Source of the DNA: Candidatus Latescibacterota bacterium
GTDB lineage: Bacteria > Latescibacterota > MVCY01 > DTYK01
Length of the DNA: 37,605 nt
Direction: 5' to 3'
Assembly: GCA_012961925.1 (NCBI GenBank)
Contig: DTYK01000300.1
Coordinates: 1 to 37,605, forward strand
In this document: piece after piece, positions 29,401-37,504 of the stretch
How positions within the stretch are numbered: position 1 is the stretch's first letter
Layout: every line of letters starts with the position of its first letter
Notes under the pieces: model-generated
What the model saw: only the letters and a program-made list of their open reading frames with translations
What the model was told of the DNA's origin: nothing
Databases searched by the model: none
Position numbers and translations under genes: made by a program

Positions 29401-29814
29401 AATGCCTTTGTTCCGGAAGATTATATCTCAGAACCCCTCCAGAAGATCTCCCTATACGAGAGACTGGCAGATGCAAAAAGGCTATCGGATGTCCAGGAGA
29501 TCCGGGAAGAACTGAGAGACCGCTACGGACCAATACCTCCACAGACCGTATCGCTATTGGAGATAGTGCAGATAAAGCTTTTAGCAAGAGAGAACAGGCT
29601 CGCCTCCCTCTCAATAGATGGCGGTTGCCTGGAGATGGCCTTCCCGACCGAGAGTAGATTTTCAAAGGAGGATCTCCAGGCGATTGTGAAGAGGATACCC
29701 GGTGAGGTAGGATTCTCCTTTGATGAGAGGCTGAAAGTAAAGGTGAAGTTGCCGGGAGAGAGCGAACACGAGCGATTGATGGCGGCAAAAAAGGCCTTGC
29801 TAAGGATGAGATGA
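26440..29814 (+). CDS. mfd: Transcription-repair coupling factor Mfd
   Basis: About 1124 aa. It has a UvrB-homology N-terminus, a CarD/RID domain (GDFVVHQDHGIGRY), helicase motifs (GDVGYGKTEVA, VIVDEEQKFGV, TATPIPRTL, QLRGRVGRS) and a TRG region. The start is uncertain between the TTG at 26416 and the ATG at 26440. Confidence 0.95.
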   Translation: MFSDLLSKIVGSEGFRLTVESLLRGERRVPVHGLAGSLKAFLIAVVKQEMGNTILVVTSDEDEALRLRDDLETLIGEQKVRYFPFPFGRTSMDDPTGSRIEVLDSLLSGEEPVVVATLKALVWPVMPPEILGPSTVTLKVGQDRDLIRLSQNLVERGFERLPMVEEAGQMSLRGGILDVFPYGRENPYRIEFWGDTIESIRQFDVFSQRSIREEGAVKIPPASEILFSNGMLEGYLKRIGEVEREYGISLSYLKEKVREKTFFPGMESYLPIFYGNTTLLDYLDGEAVVLLSERTALEESFRELEDHLASVLRKGQEKGPAPLPAEALVDLEMVLDKAGAFRCVEEVPFKETGLVEFGARETRRFEGDLRQLAQEISDLSSQNYDIYILCQNKVEAQRLEELLEPYIGPLTVGVNSLHGGFVLPDARVALFNDHEIISHYRKRFRHRRFKGGVSIPDLTALGKGDFVVHQDHGIGRYMGIERLNIDDKQRDCLVLSYRDGDKLYVPVEELDRVKKYTGAEGVAPVLSKLGGTSWERVKARTKKAIRRMARELLELYAERKAREGYAFSPDSEWQRQLEASFVHEDTPDQLSVVKEIKEDLEKPIVMDRLVCGDVGYGKTEVAIRAAFKAVNDNKQVAVLVPTTILAQQHYDTFRARLMNFPVRIEVLSRFQSKKRQQEIIRGLAEGRVDIVIGTHRLLSQDVNFKDLGLVIVDEEQKFGVRQKERLKQFRRLVDVLTLTATPIPRTLHMSLMGARDLSVINTPPKERFPIQTEIIPFDEERIAEAILREVDRSGQVYFVHNRVRSINSVALFLERLLPQVNFVVAHGQMPEHQLEKVMVDFLNRRYDCLVCTMIIESGLDIPNVNTIIINRADRFGLAQLYQLRGRVGRSNRQAYAYLLVPPVSGLTRTARKRLRALEEFSELGSGFKLAMKDLEIRGAGNILGPQQHGFIAAVGFDMYCRLLEEAMGELKGEEREELPEPEVHIEANAFVPEDYISEPLQKISLYERLADAKRLSDVQEIREELRDRYGPIPPQTVSLLEIVQIKLLARENRLASLSIDGGCLEMAFPTESRFSKEDLQAIVKRIPGEVGFSFDERLKVKVKLPGESEHERLMAAKKALLRMR

Positions 29815-29948
29815 TGGATTATATTGAAGATGCGCATCGGAGAAAAGGGCAGCCCGAAGTCTTCGCCTGAACTGTCATCGGCTCAGGCTGAAGGGCAGCT
29901 TGTTGATCAATCATCAGCAAGGGTCGAAAGGTCAAAAAGGGGGATCAG

Positions 29949-31631
29949 ATGAAGCGAGTTCTCTTTCCGGTTTTCGTTGCTGTCTTTGTCACCATTTTGG
30001 GTTGCGGCCGAAGGGGAGATCTGGTGGTGACGAGGGTTGGCGATAAGAAGATCACCGTTAGGGATTTTAAGCGCTCAGTGGCAAAGCTCCCTGCGAAATA
30101 TCGACCAAGCGAAAAGGGGCTGGAAGCCCAGAAGGAGTATCTCTCTCTGATAATAGACAAGGAACTCTTGGTCCTGGAGGCACGAGAGAGAGGACTGGAC
30201 AGGGACGAAACAGTCCTGGCCCAGCTTGAAGGTATCAAACGTGATCTCATGGTCGACGAGCTACGGAGACGGACCCTCAGAAAGGCAAGGGTCTCCAACA
30301 GAGAACTTAAGAGGTTCTTCAAGAAGTACAGGCTGGGCGAACAGGTGAGGGCAAGTCACATCTTAGTGCGTACAAAGGCAGAGGCTGAGGCTGTTTTGGA
30401 TGAACTGCGCCAGGGAAGGAATTTTGAGGAGCTGGCAAAGGAAAGGTCCATCGATAAGTTCAGCGCAAATAGGGGCGGTGATATGGGATATTTCTTCAGG
30501 TGGATTCAGATGCACCCTGCGGTAGAGAAGGCGTTTTCCTTAGAGGTGGGTGAGGTCTCAGAGCCCGTTAAGAGTCCCGAAGGCTATCACATCGTGAAGG
30601 TAACCGAGAAGAGGAGGGTCAAATTTGAAAGGATCAAAGAGGACCTCAGAAGGCGCCTGAACTCTATAAAGGGGAAGCAAATCTGGCAGAATTTCCTGCA
30701 AAGGCTTAAAGTAGACAGACAGATGAAATTCGATGCTGAGGCCTTGGGAACCCTTTTAGAGGTTGAAACAGACCCAGATACAAGACTTCCCAGGCTCACT
30801 GAAGAACAAAAGCAGATGGTGCTTGTAAGCTTCAAAGGGGGCAGGTGGACCTTAGGTGATTATGGTGAGGCTCTGAAGGAAGTTTCGCCAAGGGTCCGCC
30901 GCAAATTATCTGACAGTACTTCGGTAAGGCTATTTGCTGAGTGGAGGATGATCGAAGATATATTCTTACCCCAGGCTGCTCTGGAAGCAGGGCTTGATAG
31001 AAGTAGATCCGTGCTCTCAGCACTGAGGCGTAAAGAGGAAGAACTAATGGTGGAGAGGCTCAGGGAGATAGAGGTGCTGGAGAAGGTGGTGGTCACGCCG
31101 GAGCAGAAAAGGGAGTATTACAATGCCCACCTCGAAGACTACACATTGCCGGCAAAGGCTCAGGTGATAGATATCCACCTTGAGACGCCAGAGAAAGCGG
31201 ATAGCCTCCTTTCGGAGATAAGGCGGGGTGCCGATATACGCCTGCTTGCCCAGAAGCACAGCACGCTGAAGAGGCCGGGAAAGTTAAGGTATGAGTTTCC
31301 GGTAACGGATGACAGGATTGCCAGGAATATCTTCGGGGAGGAGTTTATAAAGGCCGTCTTCGGCGCAGAAGTTGGGAAGGTTGTAGGCCCCATCAAAGTA
31401 AAAAGAGGCTACTCTATATTTAAGGTGTTGAGCAGGGAGGAACCCAGGCAACAGAGCTTTGAAGAGGTGGAAGAGAGGGTGTCTGCCAGAGTTAAAAGGG
31501 AAGAGCAGGATAGACTATTAAAGGAGTTTCTGGAGAGCCTTCGCAGGAAGTACAGCAATGAGGTGGTCAGGTATGAAGATGTTCTGAAATTAACCCTGGA
31601 GGAGAAGAATGTCTCTGAAAAGGTTTTGTAA
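29949..31631 (+). CDS. Lipoprotein peptidyl-prolyl isomerase (PrsA/PpiD/SurA-like, parvulin domain)
   Basis: 560 aa. It has a lipobox (VTILGC), a SurA_N-like helical region and a parvulin domain (RASHILV...GGDMGYF...GYHIVKV). A degenerate second rotamase-like region follows. An AAGGGGGA Shine-Dalgarno is present. Confidence 0.8.
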   Translation: MKRVLFPVFVAVFVTILGCGRRGDLVVTRVGDKKITVRDFKRSVAKLPAKYRPSEKGLEAQKEYLSLIIDKELLVLEARERGLDRDETVLAQLEGIKRDLMVDELRRRTLRKARVSNRELKRFFKKYRLGEQVRASHILVRTKAEAEAVLDELRQGRNFEELAKERSIDKFSANRGGDMGYFFRWIQMHPAVEKAFSLEVGEVSEPVKSPEGYHIVKVTEKRRVKFERIKEDLRRRLNSIKGKQIWQNFLQRLKVDRQMKFDAEALGTLLEVETDPDTRLPRLTEEQKQMVLVSFKGGRWTLGDYGEALKEVSPRVRRKLSDSTSVRLFAEWRMIEDIFLPQAALEAGLDRSRSVLSALRRKEEELMVERLREIEVLEKVVVTPEQKREYYNAHLEDYTLPAKAQVIDIHLETPEKADSLLSEIRRGADIRLLAQKHSTLKRPGKLRYEFPVTDDRIARNIFGEEFIKAVFGAEVGKVVGPIKVKRGYSIFKVLSREEPRQQSFEEVEERVSARVKREEQDRLLKEFLESLRRKYSNEVVRYEDVLKLTLEEKNVSEKVL

Positions 31632-32901
31632 TTCACTGCTGATCCTTGTCTTTATTACGGTCCCTCTGTACTTAGGCGCAGAACAGCTCTACGATCGTAT
31701 TATTGCAGTCGTAGACGATCAGGTCATCCTTCAGTCAGAACTTCGGGAAGTTCTGGGACTCGAACTGCTCCGAAGGGGGATCGAACCCGACCAGAAAGAG
31801 ATGGTAGAGCAATTGAAGAAGGAACTTCTGGAGGCCATGATAAATGATAGGGTGCTTCTTATCAAGGCGAAGAGGGACAGCATAGTTATCAAGGACAGGG
31901 AGATCAATGATGCTTTGAATGAGGAGTTGGAGAGGATCAAAGGGCAGTTTAGTTCACCACAGGAGTATGAAAGACAGCTTAAAAGGGAAGGGTTGACCGA
32001 GAGGGAGCTTCGGAAGAGGTACAGGGAGGAGATCAAAAACTACCTGTTGAAACAGAAGGTCATGGCTTCGCTTGCCCAGGGCATCACCGTTTCACGCAGG
32101 GAGGTCGTTGATTTTTTCAGGGCAAATGCTGACAGCCTCCCCCGTCAACCCGAGATGGTGAATATAAGCCACATTCTGCTGAAGCCCTCTGTGGATCGGG
32201 AGCAAGCGTATCAGCGGATCCAGCAGCTTTTAGAGAGGATCCGCAGTGGCGAGGATTTCGATATGTTGGCACAGGAGTATTCTGAGGATCCGGGTTCTGC
32301 CGGGGAAGGGGGAGATCTTGGTTGGTTTACCAGGGGAACCATGCTTCCTGAATTTGAAGAGGTGGCCTTTTCACTGGAACCGGGCCAAATAAGTGATGTG
32401 GTGGAGACGGACCTCGGATATCATATAATCAAGGTGGAGGAGAAGGACGGAGATAAAGTCAGGGCCCGGCATATCCTGATCAGGACGGCCCCTTCTGAGG
32501 ATGATATAAAGGCGGTTGTGAACAGACTCGCAGAGCTAAGAAGGAAGGTAGTCGATGGCGAGGATTTCGCCGATCTGGCAAGGATGTACTCTCAGGATAC
32601 ACAGACTGCTGCGGAAGGCGGGCTTTTAGGGTGGATTGCCCTTGATCAGCTCCCTCCAGCCTTCAAGACGGCAATTGATCGCCTCTCGGTGGGTAAGACG
32701 AGCCAGCCTTTTAGATCCTGGCTCGGATTTCATATCGTCAGGCTCAACGAAAGGAAGTCTGAACGACCGTTAAGCCTTGAGCAGGACTATCAGTTGTTAG
32801 AGAACATGGTGAGGCAGGAGAAGCTGAAAGAGGCATTTAACAGATTGATAGCCTCTGAAAAGCAGAAGATCTACGTAGATGTGAGGCTGGAAGAGCAGTA
32901 A
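31609..32901 (+). CDS. surA: SurA-like periplasmic chaperone/PPIase with two parvulin domains
   Basis: 430 aa with a signal peptide and a SurA N-domain (DRIIAVVDDQVILQSEL). There are two parvulin domains (ISHILL...GGDLGWF..GYHIIKV, and ARHILI...GGLLGWI..GFHIVRL). It overlaps the upstream PPIase gene by 23 nt. Confidence 0.85.
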   Translation: MSLKRFCNSLLILVFITVPLYLGAEQLYDRIIAVVDDQVILQSELREVLGLELLRRGIEPDQKEMVEQLKKELLEAMINDRVLLIKAKRDSIVIKDREINDALNEELERIKGQFSSPQEYERQLKREGLTERELRKRYREEIKNYLLKQKVMASLAQGITVSRREVVDFFRANADSLPRQPEMVNISHILLKPSVDREQAYQRIQQLLERIRSGEDFDMLAQEYSEDPGSAGEGGDLGWFTRGTMLPEFEEVAFSLEPGQISDVVETDLGYHIIKVEEKDGDKVRARHILIRTAPSEDDIKAVVNRLAELRRKVVDGEDFADLARMYSQDTQTAAEGGLLGWIALDQLPPAFKTAIDRLSVGKTSQPFRSWLGFHIVRLNERKSERPLSLEQDYQLLENMVRQEKLKEAFNRLIASEKQKIYVDVRLEEQ

Positions 32902-33062
32902 GAGAGAAAAATAGGGGACGGTTGAGGCTTAAGGGGAAGTTACATCACACCACCCGGCTGGTGTAAATAGTTCAAGGTAGAAAAAGACGTCGGGGTGGAT
33001 GAAGCGAAGGAAAATTTACCATTGAGGTCATCTATAGCCCATGATGCGATGGAGATAAGGCT

Positions 33063-33701
33063 ATGCTTACGCTGTTGTCGATCCTGCTTGTGAGCTATCT
33101 CTTAGGTTCTATCCCCACGGGTATAATCGCTGGCAAGGTCCTAAAGAGGATAGACATCCGGGATTATGGTAGTGGAAATGCCGGGTTTACTAACGCTTAT
33201 CGCGTTCTTGGCCTTGCCCCTGCCCTCTCCGTGCTGGCTGTTGATCTTGCCAAGGGGATGGTGGCCGTCCTCGTCGTTACGAAGATAATGATAGACGTCC
33301 CCGTCCTTGGCATGGACGTGCTTCGCATCCTTGCCGGGGTTTTTGCGATCCTGGGGCATATATGGACTGTCTTTGCCGGATTCAGGGGAGGGAAGGGTGT
33401 CGGAACAGCAGCCGGGGTCCTTGTTGCGTTGGCACCAACGGAGATCGCCCTCGCGGTGGCAGTATGGTGCGTGGTCACCTTTTCGACCAGGTATGTCTCC
33501 CTTGGATCACTCTCTGCCGCTGTGGTTCTGCCACTGGTGCTCTTTGTGGAGAAGGTCGTTTTAAGCAAGGCGGTCTCGGATGAACTCCTGATCTTTACCT
33601 CTCTGTTAGCAGGTTTGATCTTCTTTACGCACCGGTCGAACATCAGCAGACTCCTGAGAGGCCAGGAGAACAAGTTGACGAGGCTTTCGAAGGCAGATTA
33701 A
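33063..33701 (+). CDS. plsY: Glycerol-3-phosphate acyltransferase PlsY
   Basis: 212 aa. Diagnostic stretches are YLLGSIPTG, GSGNAGFTNAYRVLG and GHIW.VF.GF.GGKGV.T, with a multi-TM profile. Confidence 0.93.
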   Translation: MLTLLSILLVSYLLGSIPTGIIAGKVLKRIDIRDYGSGNAGFTNAYRVLGLAPALSVLAVDLAKGMVAVLVVTKIMIDVPVLGMDVLRILAGVFAILGHIWTVFAGFRGGKGVGTAAGVLVALAPTEIALAVAVWCVVTFSTRYVSLGSLSAAVVLPLVLFVEKVVLSKAVSDELLIFTSLLAGLIFFTHRSNISRLLRGQENKLTRLSKAD

Positions 33702-33874
33702 ATTCGAAACAGAGGTGCAGATGGTCAAGCTACCTCTGAATACGGATTCCCACGAAGTGATATTGTCCTGGCCGAGTATGTGGAGCGAGTTTTAAAATAC
33801 GCAGCTGATTGGAAGTTCGAGGTAGATTGTTTTCATCCCTCCTTTATTCGCAGGGCAGCAGGTAGGAACGAAGG

Positions 33875-34912
33875 ATGAATATTGCCGTTATAGGGGCTGG
33901 TGGTTGGGGCACAACCCTGGCGATACTACTCCATGAAAACGGAAATCTGGTACGGCTGTGGGAGTTTGATCCGGGTTACGCACGCCAGATGGTAAAGACC
34001 AGACATAACCCCGCTTTCCTGCCCGGAGTCAGGATCCCGGAGGAGATTCTTATCTCCTCAGATATGGCAGAAGTCCTGTCTGGTTCCAATATGGTCGTCT
34101 TTGCTGTTCCTTCCGAATTTATGCGCGATGTGGCTAAAAAGGCCGCTCCCTGCTTCGCTGAAGATGCAGGGCTTGCCTGTGAAGTTTCACCACTGGTGGT
34201 AAGCGTCGCCAAGGGAATCGAGAATGAGACCTTAAGGCGTATGTCCGAGGTTCTGGCCGAAGAACTTCCTGTAAAACCCGACCAGATCGTTGCCCTTTCG
34301 GGTCCAAGCCATGCCGAGGAGGTCAGCCGTAAGATCCCTACTACAGTGGTTGCTGCGTCCTCCAGCCTCGAATTTGCCGGGAAGGTTCAGAGCACGTTTA
34401 TGACCTCGACATTACGCGTGTATACGAACAGGGATATAGTGGGCGTCGAACTGGGCGGTTCCCTGAAGAATGTGATCGCTCTGGCTGCTGGGATCTGTGA
34501 TGGGCTTGGCTTCGGAGACAATACCAAGGGGGCTCTGATAACCAGGGGCCTGGCCGAGATCACACGCCTCGGCGTGGCCATGGGTGCCGACCCTTTGACA
34601 TTCGCCGGCTTATCCGGGATGGGCGACCTGATCACCACCTGTATCAGTCGCCACAGCAGGAATAGATATGTTGGCGAACAGATAGGGCAAGGAAGGCGGC
34701 TGAACGAGATCTTGGCAGGGATGAAGATGGTCGCAGAGGGGGTGAGGACGACAAGGTCGGCATTTCAACTCTCCAGGAAGATGGGTGTGGAGATGCCCAT
34801 CACAGAGAAGGTCTATCGCGTGCTCTTCCAGAATGAAGATCCCAAGATAGCTGTTGCAGAACTGATGACCCGAGAGGCAAAGCCGGAGGTTTGGTGGTCG
34901 CCCCATGGCTAA
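33875..34912 (+). CDS. gpsA: NAD(P)H-dependent glycerol-3-phosphate dehydrogenase
   Basis: 345 aa. Diagnostic stretches are IAVIGAGGWGTTLA, N..FLPG, SVAKGIE, GPSHAEEV, LKNVIA.AAGI.DGLG.G.N.K and TC.S..SRN. Confidence 0.94.
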   Translation: MNIAVIGAGGWGTTLAILLHENGNLVRLWEFDPGYARQMVKTRHNPAFLPGVRIPEEILISSDMAEVLSGSNMVVFAVPSEFMRDVAKKAAPCFAEDAGLACEVSPLVVSVAKGIENETLRRMSEVLAEELPVKPDQIVALSGPSHAEEVSRKIPTTVVAASSSLEFAGKVQSTFMTSTLRVYTNRDIVGVELGGSLKNVIALAAGICDGLGFGDNTKGALITRGLAEITRLGVAMGADPLTFAGLSGMGDLITTCISRHSRNRYVGEQIGQGRRLNEILAGMKMVAEGVRTTRSAFQLSRKMGVEMPITEKVYRVLFQNEDPKIAVAELMTREAKPEVWWSPHG

Positions 34913-35249
34913 GCTTTACTACTCAATCGGCGAGGTGTCGAGGCTTACCGGAGTGAAGCCGCACATTCTCAGGTTCTGGGAGGAGGAGTTCTCTATCCTG
35001 CGCCCGCGGAAAAACCGGGCAGGCAACAGGGTTTACCGCTCCAGGGATATAAAGATCGTCCTTCTGCTCAAGCGCCTGTTACACGAAGAGAAATATACCA
35101 TCGAGGCAGCGAAGGAGAAACTTCTTGACGATAAGGAATTCGTGCAGGAGCAGCTAAAGAGCTCTTCTGAAGAGATAGAATCCAGATATCTAATCTCCGA
35201 GATAAGGGAGGACCTCAAAAGGCTGCTTAAATTAGTGGATGAACTATGA
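34905..35249 (+). CDS. Small MerR-family transcriptional regulator without recognizable sensor domain
   Basis: 114 aa. The MerR HTH is YSIGEVSRLTGVKPHILRFWEEEF..L.P.K...G.R.Y...D, followed by a coiled-coil C-terminus. Its ATG overlaps the gpsA stop by 8 nt (ATGGCTAA). Confidence 0.8.
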   Translation: MAKLYYSIGEVSRLTGVKPHILRFWEEEFSILRPRKNRAGNRVYRSRDIKIVLLLKRLLHEEKYTIEAAKEKLLDDKEFVQEQLKSSSEEIESRYLISEIREDLKRLLKLVDEL

Positions 35250-35308
35250 ATTCGAATTTGGAAATCGAACCCTGAAAAATACCGAATGGACCGACCTGGA
35301 GAAGCCAG

Positions 35309-37021
35309 ATGAGACTTTCAAAGGCATTTATCCCCACGCAGAAGGAGACCCCCGCTGAGGCGGAGATATTGAGCCACAGGCTCATGCTGAGAGCGGGGAT
35401 GATAAAACCCCACGCAGCAGGTATATACTCCTATCTTCCCTTAGGATGGAGGACGTTGAGGAAGATAGAGGGGATCATCCGTGAAGAGATGGACAGGATC
35501 GGTGGACAGGAGTTCCTGCTTCCTGTCCTCAGCAAGAGGGATATCTGGGAGAAGACAGGACGCTGGCAGCAAGCGGGAGAGTTGATGTTCAGGTTAAAAG
35601 ACAGAAAGGGTGCGGACCTCTGCCTGGCCCCAACCCATGAAGAGATATTTGCTGCCATTGCCGCCGGCCAGATCCGCTCCTATCGCGATATGCCCCAGAT
35701 ATGGTACCAGATTCAGACAAAATTCAGGGATGAACCCAGACCCAGATCAGGCCTTCTGAGGGGCAGACAGTTCCTGATGAAAGACTCATATAGCTTCGAC
35801 GTGGACGTCGGAGGCCTGGACCAGAGCTATAGGCTCCACCGGGAGGTCTATCAACGGATATTAAAGCGCTGCGGGTTGGACTTCTTCACTGTGAGGGCGT
35901 CGAGCGGGATTATGGGCGGATCAGAATCGGAAGAGTTCATGGTCCTGTCCTCCGCGGGGGAAGATAAGGCGGTGCTGTGTAAATCCTGTGGGTATGCCGC
36001 AAACCTCGAGGTTTCCACTTCTAAGGCTCCTGCATATCCCTGCGAGACCGAAGAGGTGAAGAAGGTCTACACTCCTGGTAAAAAGACAATAGAGGAGGTT
36101 TCCGGGTACCTTCATGTGCCTCCACAACGACTGATGAAATCGCTCCTTATGATCTCGCAAAAGGGTCCGGTTATGGTTTTGATCAGGGGAGATCATCAGC
36201 TCAATGAGACCAAGGCCCAGCAGGTATTTGGTTGCGAATTCCGGCCTGCCGAGCCCGAGGAGGTTCTTAAATTAACGGGAGCCCAGGCAGGATTTATAGG
36301 TCCCGTAGGCCTTGAGGGGATAGAGATCATAGCGGATCTCGCCCTGAAGGGGGCGAGGGGGCTGATCACAGGGGCGAATGAGGATGACCATCACCTGACC
36401 GGACTTGAGCCAGGGAGGGATTTCAAGGTGGATCGGTACACTGACCTCAGGACCGTGCTACCGGGTGACCTCTGTCCCGAGTGTACCTCACCCCTGGACA
36501 TATCTTCGGCCATAGAGGTTGGCCATATATTCAAGCTCGGGACGAAGTACTCAGAGGCCTTGGGAGCCACTTTCCTCGACGCAGATGGCGAACACAGGCC
36601 GATCATTATGGGAAGCTATGGGATCGGTCTTGAGAGGATTATGGTCTCAGCCATAGAACAGCATGCCGATAAGGATGGTATCGTATGGCCGATAACAATC
36701 GCCCCGTATCAGGTCCATATTCTGCCCCTGAACTTTGAGCATGAAGAGGTTCGCCGGCTTTCGGAGAGGTATTACGACGTGCTCATCGGGAGGCGGTTTG
36801 AGGTCCTCATGGATGACCGCAATCTCAGGGCAGGGACAAAGTTCAAGGATGCAGATCTGATCGGGATCCCTGTAAGGGTGACCATAGGTGAAAGGACATT
36901 GAAGGAGGGTAAGATCGAGATAAGGCTGAGGAAGACAGGCAAGGTGTATAAAGTGGATAAGAACGATGCTGCGGATAAGATTGCGGCGGTCGTCGAAAGA
37001 CTATCTGCGGAAATGCACTGA
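35309..37021 (+). CDS. proS: Prolyl-tRNA synthetase (bacterial type with INS editing domain)
   Basis: 570 aa. Diagnostic stretches are ILSHRLMLRAGMI, PTHEE, class II motifs (FRDE.RPR.GL.R.REF.MKD.YSF) and GSYGIG..R. An editing-domain insertion of about 170 aa is present. Confidence 0.95.
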   Translation: MRLSKAFIPTQKETPAEAEILSHRLMLRAGMIKPHAAGIYSYLPLGWRTLRKIEGIIREEMDRIGGQEFLLPVLSKRDIWEKTGRWQQAGELMFRLKDRKGADLCLAPTHEEIFAAIAAGQIRSYRDMPQIWYQIQTKFRDEPRPRSGLLRGRQFLMKDSYSFDVDVGGLDQSYRLHREVYQRILKRCGLDFFTVRASSGIMGGSESEEFMVLSSAGEDKAVLCKSCGYAANLEVSTSKAPAYPCETEEVKKVYTPGKKTIEEVSGYLHVPPQRLMKSLLMISQKGPVMVLIRGDHQLNETKAQQVFGCEFRPAEPEEVLKLTGAQAGFIGPVGLEGIEIIADLALKGARGLITGANEDDHHLTGLEPGRDFKVDRYTDLRTVLPGDLCPECTSPLDISSAIEVGHIFKLGTKYSEALGATFLDADGEHRPIIMGSYGIGLERIMVSAIEQHADKDGIVWPITIAPYQVHILPLNFEHEEVRRLSERYYDVLIGRRFEVLMDDRNLRAGTKFKDADLIGIPVRVTIGERTLKEGKIEIRLRKTGKVYKVDKNDAADKIAAVVERLSAEMH

Positions 37022-37087
37022 TTCAAAGAAGCTTGGGGAGAAGAGTCGAGGATCACAAAACCCCAAATCCTTTTCCTCTTGTGACGC

Positions 37088-37120
37088 AGGGAGGGTTCCC
37101 TCCCTTAGATTTCCTTATTT
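37088..37120 (+). terminator. Intrinsic-terminator-like hairpin downstream of proS
   Basis: AGGGAGG-GTTC-CCTCCCT (37088-37105) is followed by the T-rich tract TAGATTTCCTTATTT. A weaker TTGGGG..CCCCAA hairpin at 37032-37065 precedes it. Confidence 0.5.
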
Positions 37121-37318
37121 AGTTTATTTCACAGCCGGTAGGCGAGGCTTTTCAGTCTGCCGGCTGGAGTCTTTATGGGTCGAGGGAAGCGGAGAGCAAT
37201 TGTATTGGTCGGTTATTTCAGTCGAACTATATGGGGATCAGGGCGTATAAATTATAGTGGGTGAGTGGAGGTATTAAGAAACTTCGACTTTTAGGAAGAC
37301 TTGCAAAGGAGAATAAGA

Positions 37319-37504
37319 ATGGGTTGCAAAGAGAAGAGAACTTTGTGGTTGGAGTCGCAGGATGATATTGCCTACCTTACGGGGAAGAGGAATGCGAAGG
37401 AGAAGGAGAAACAGATTAAGACTTCACGGCTCCGATGCTCGGAGTGCGGCAGATTTGTCTCCCATGGCGCCACACACTGCAAGACCTGTGGTGCAAAGTT
37501 GTGA
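37319..37504 (+). CDS. Small zinc-ribbon protein, unknown function
   Basis: The track ORF starts at 37301. The ATG at 37319 has an AAGGAG Shine-Dalgarno 7 nt upstream. The product is 61 aa, Lys/Glu-rich, and ends in CSECG...HCKTCGAKL (CxxC-N9-CxxC). Confidence 0.45.
   Translation: MGCKEKRTLWLESQDDIAYLTGKRNAKEKEKQIKTSRLRCSECGRFVSHGATHCKTCGAKL

Noticed and set aside
12299-33673. Other long antisense ORFs, for example 12299-12799 (+), 21523-22032 (+), 29288-29788 (-), 29945-30322 (-) and 33197-33673 (-).
   Set aside because: Each lies fully inside a confidently identified gene on the opposite strand (proB, argS, mfd, PPIase, plsY). All show Ser/Pro/Arg-rich shadow-frame composition.
33721-33795. 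24-codon ORF (MVKLPLNTDSHEVILSWPSMWSEF) in the plsY-gpsA spacer.
   Set aside because: It has only a marginal Shine-Dalgarno and no recognizable features. Its length is consistent with chance in a 173-nt spacer, and this cannot be resolved without comparative data.
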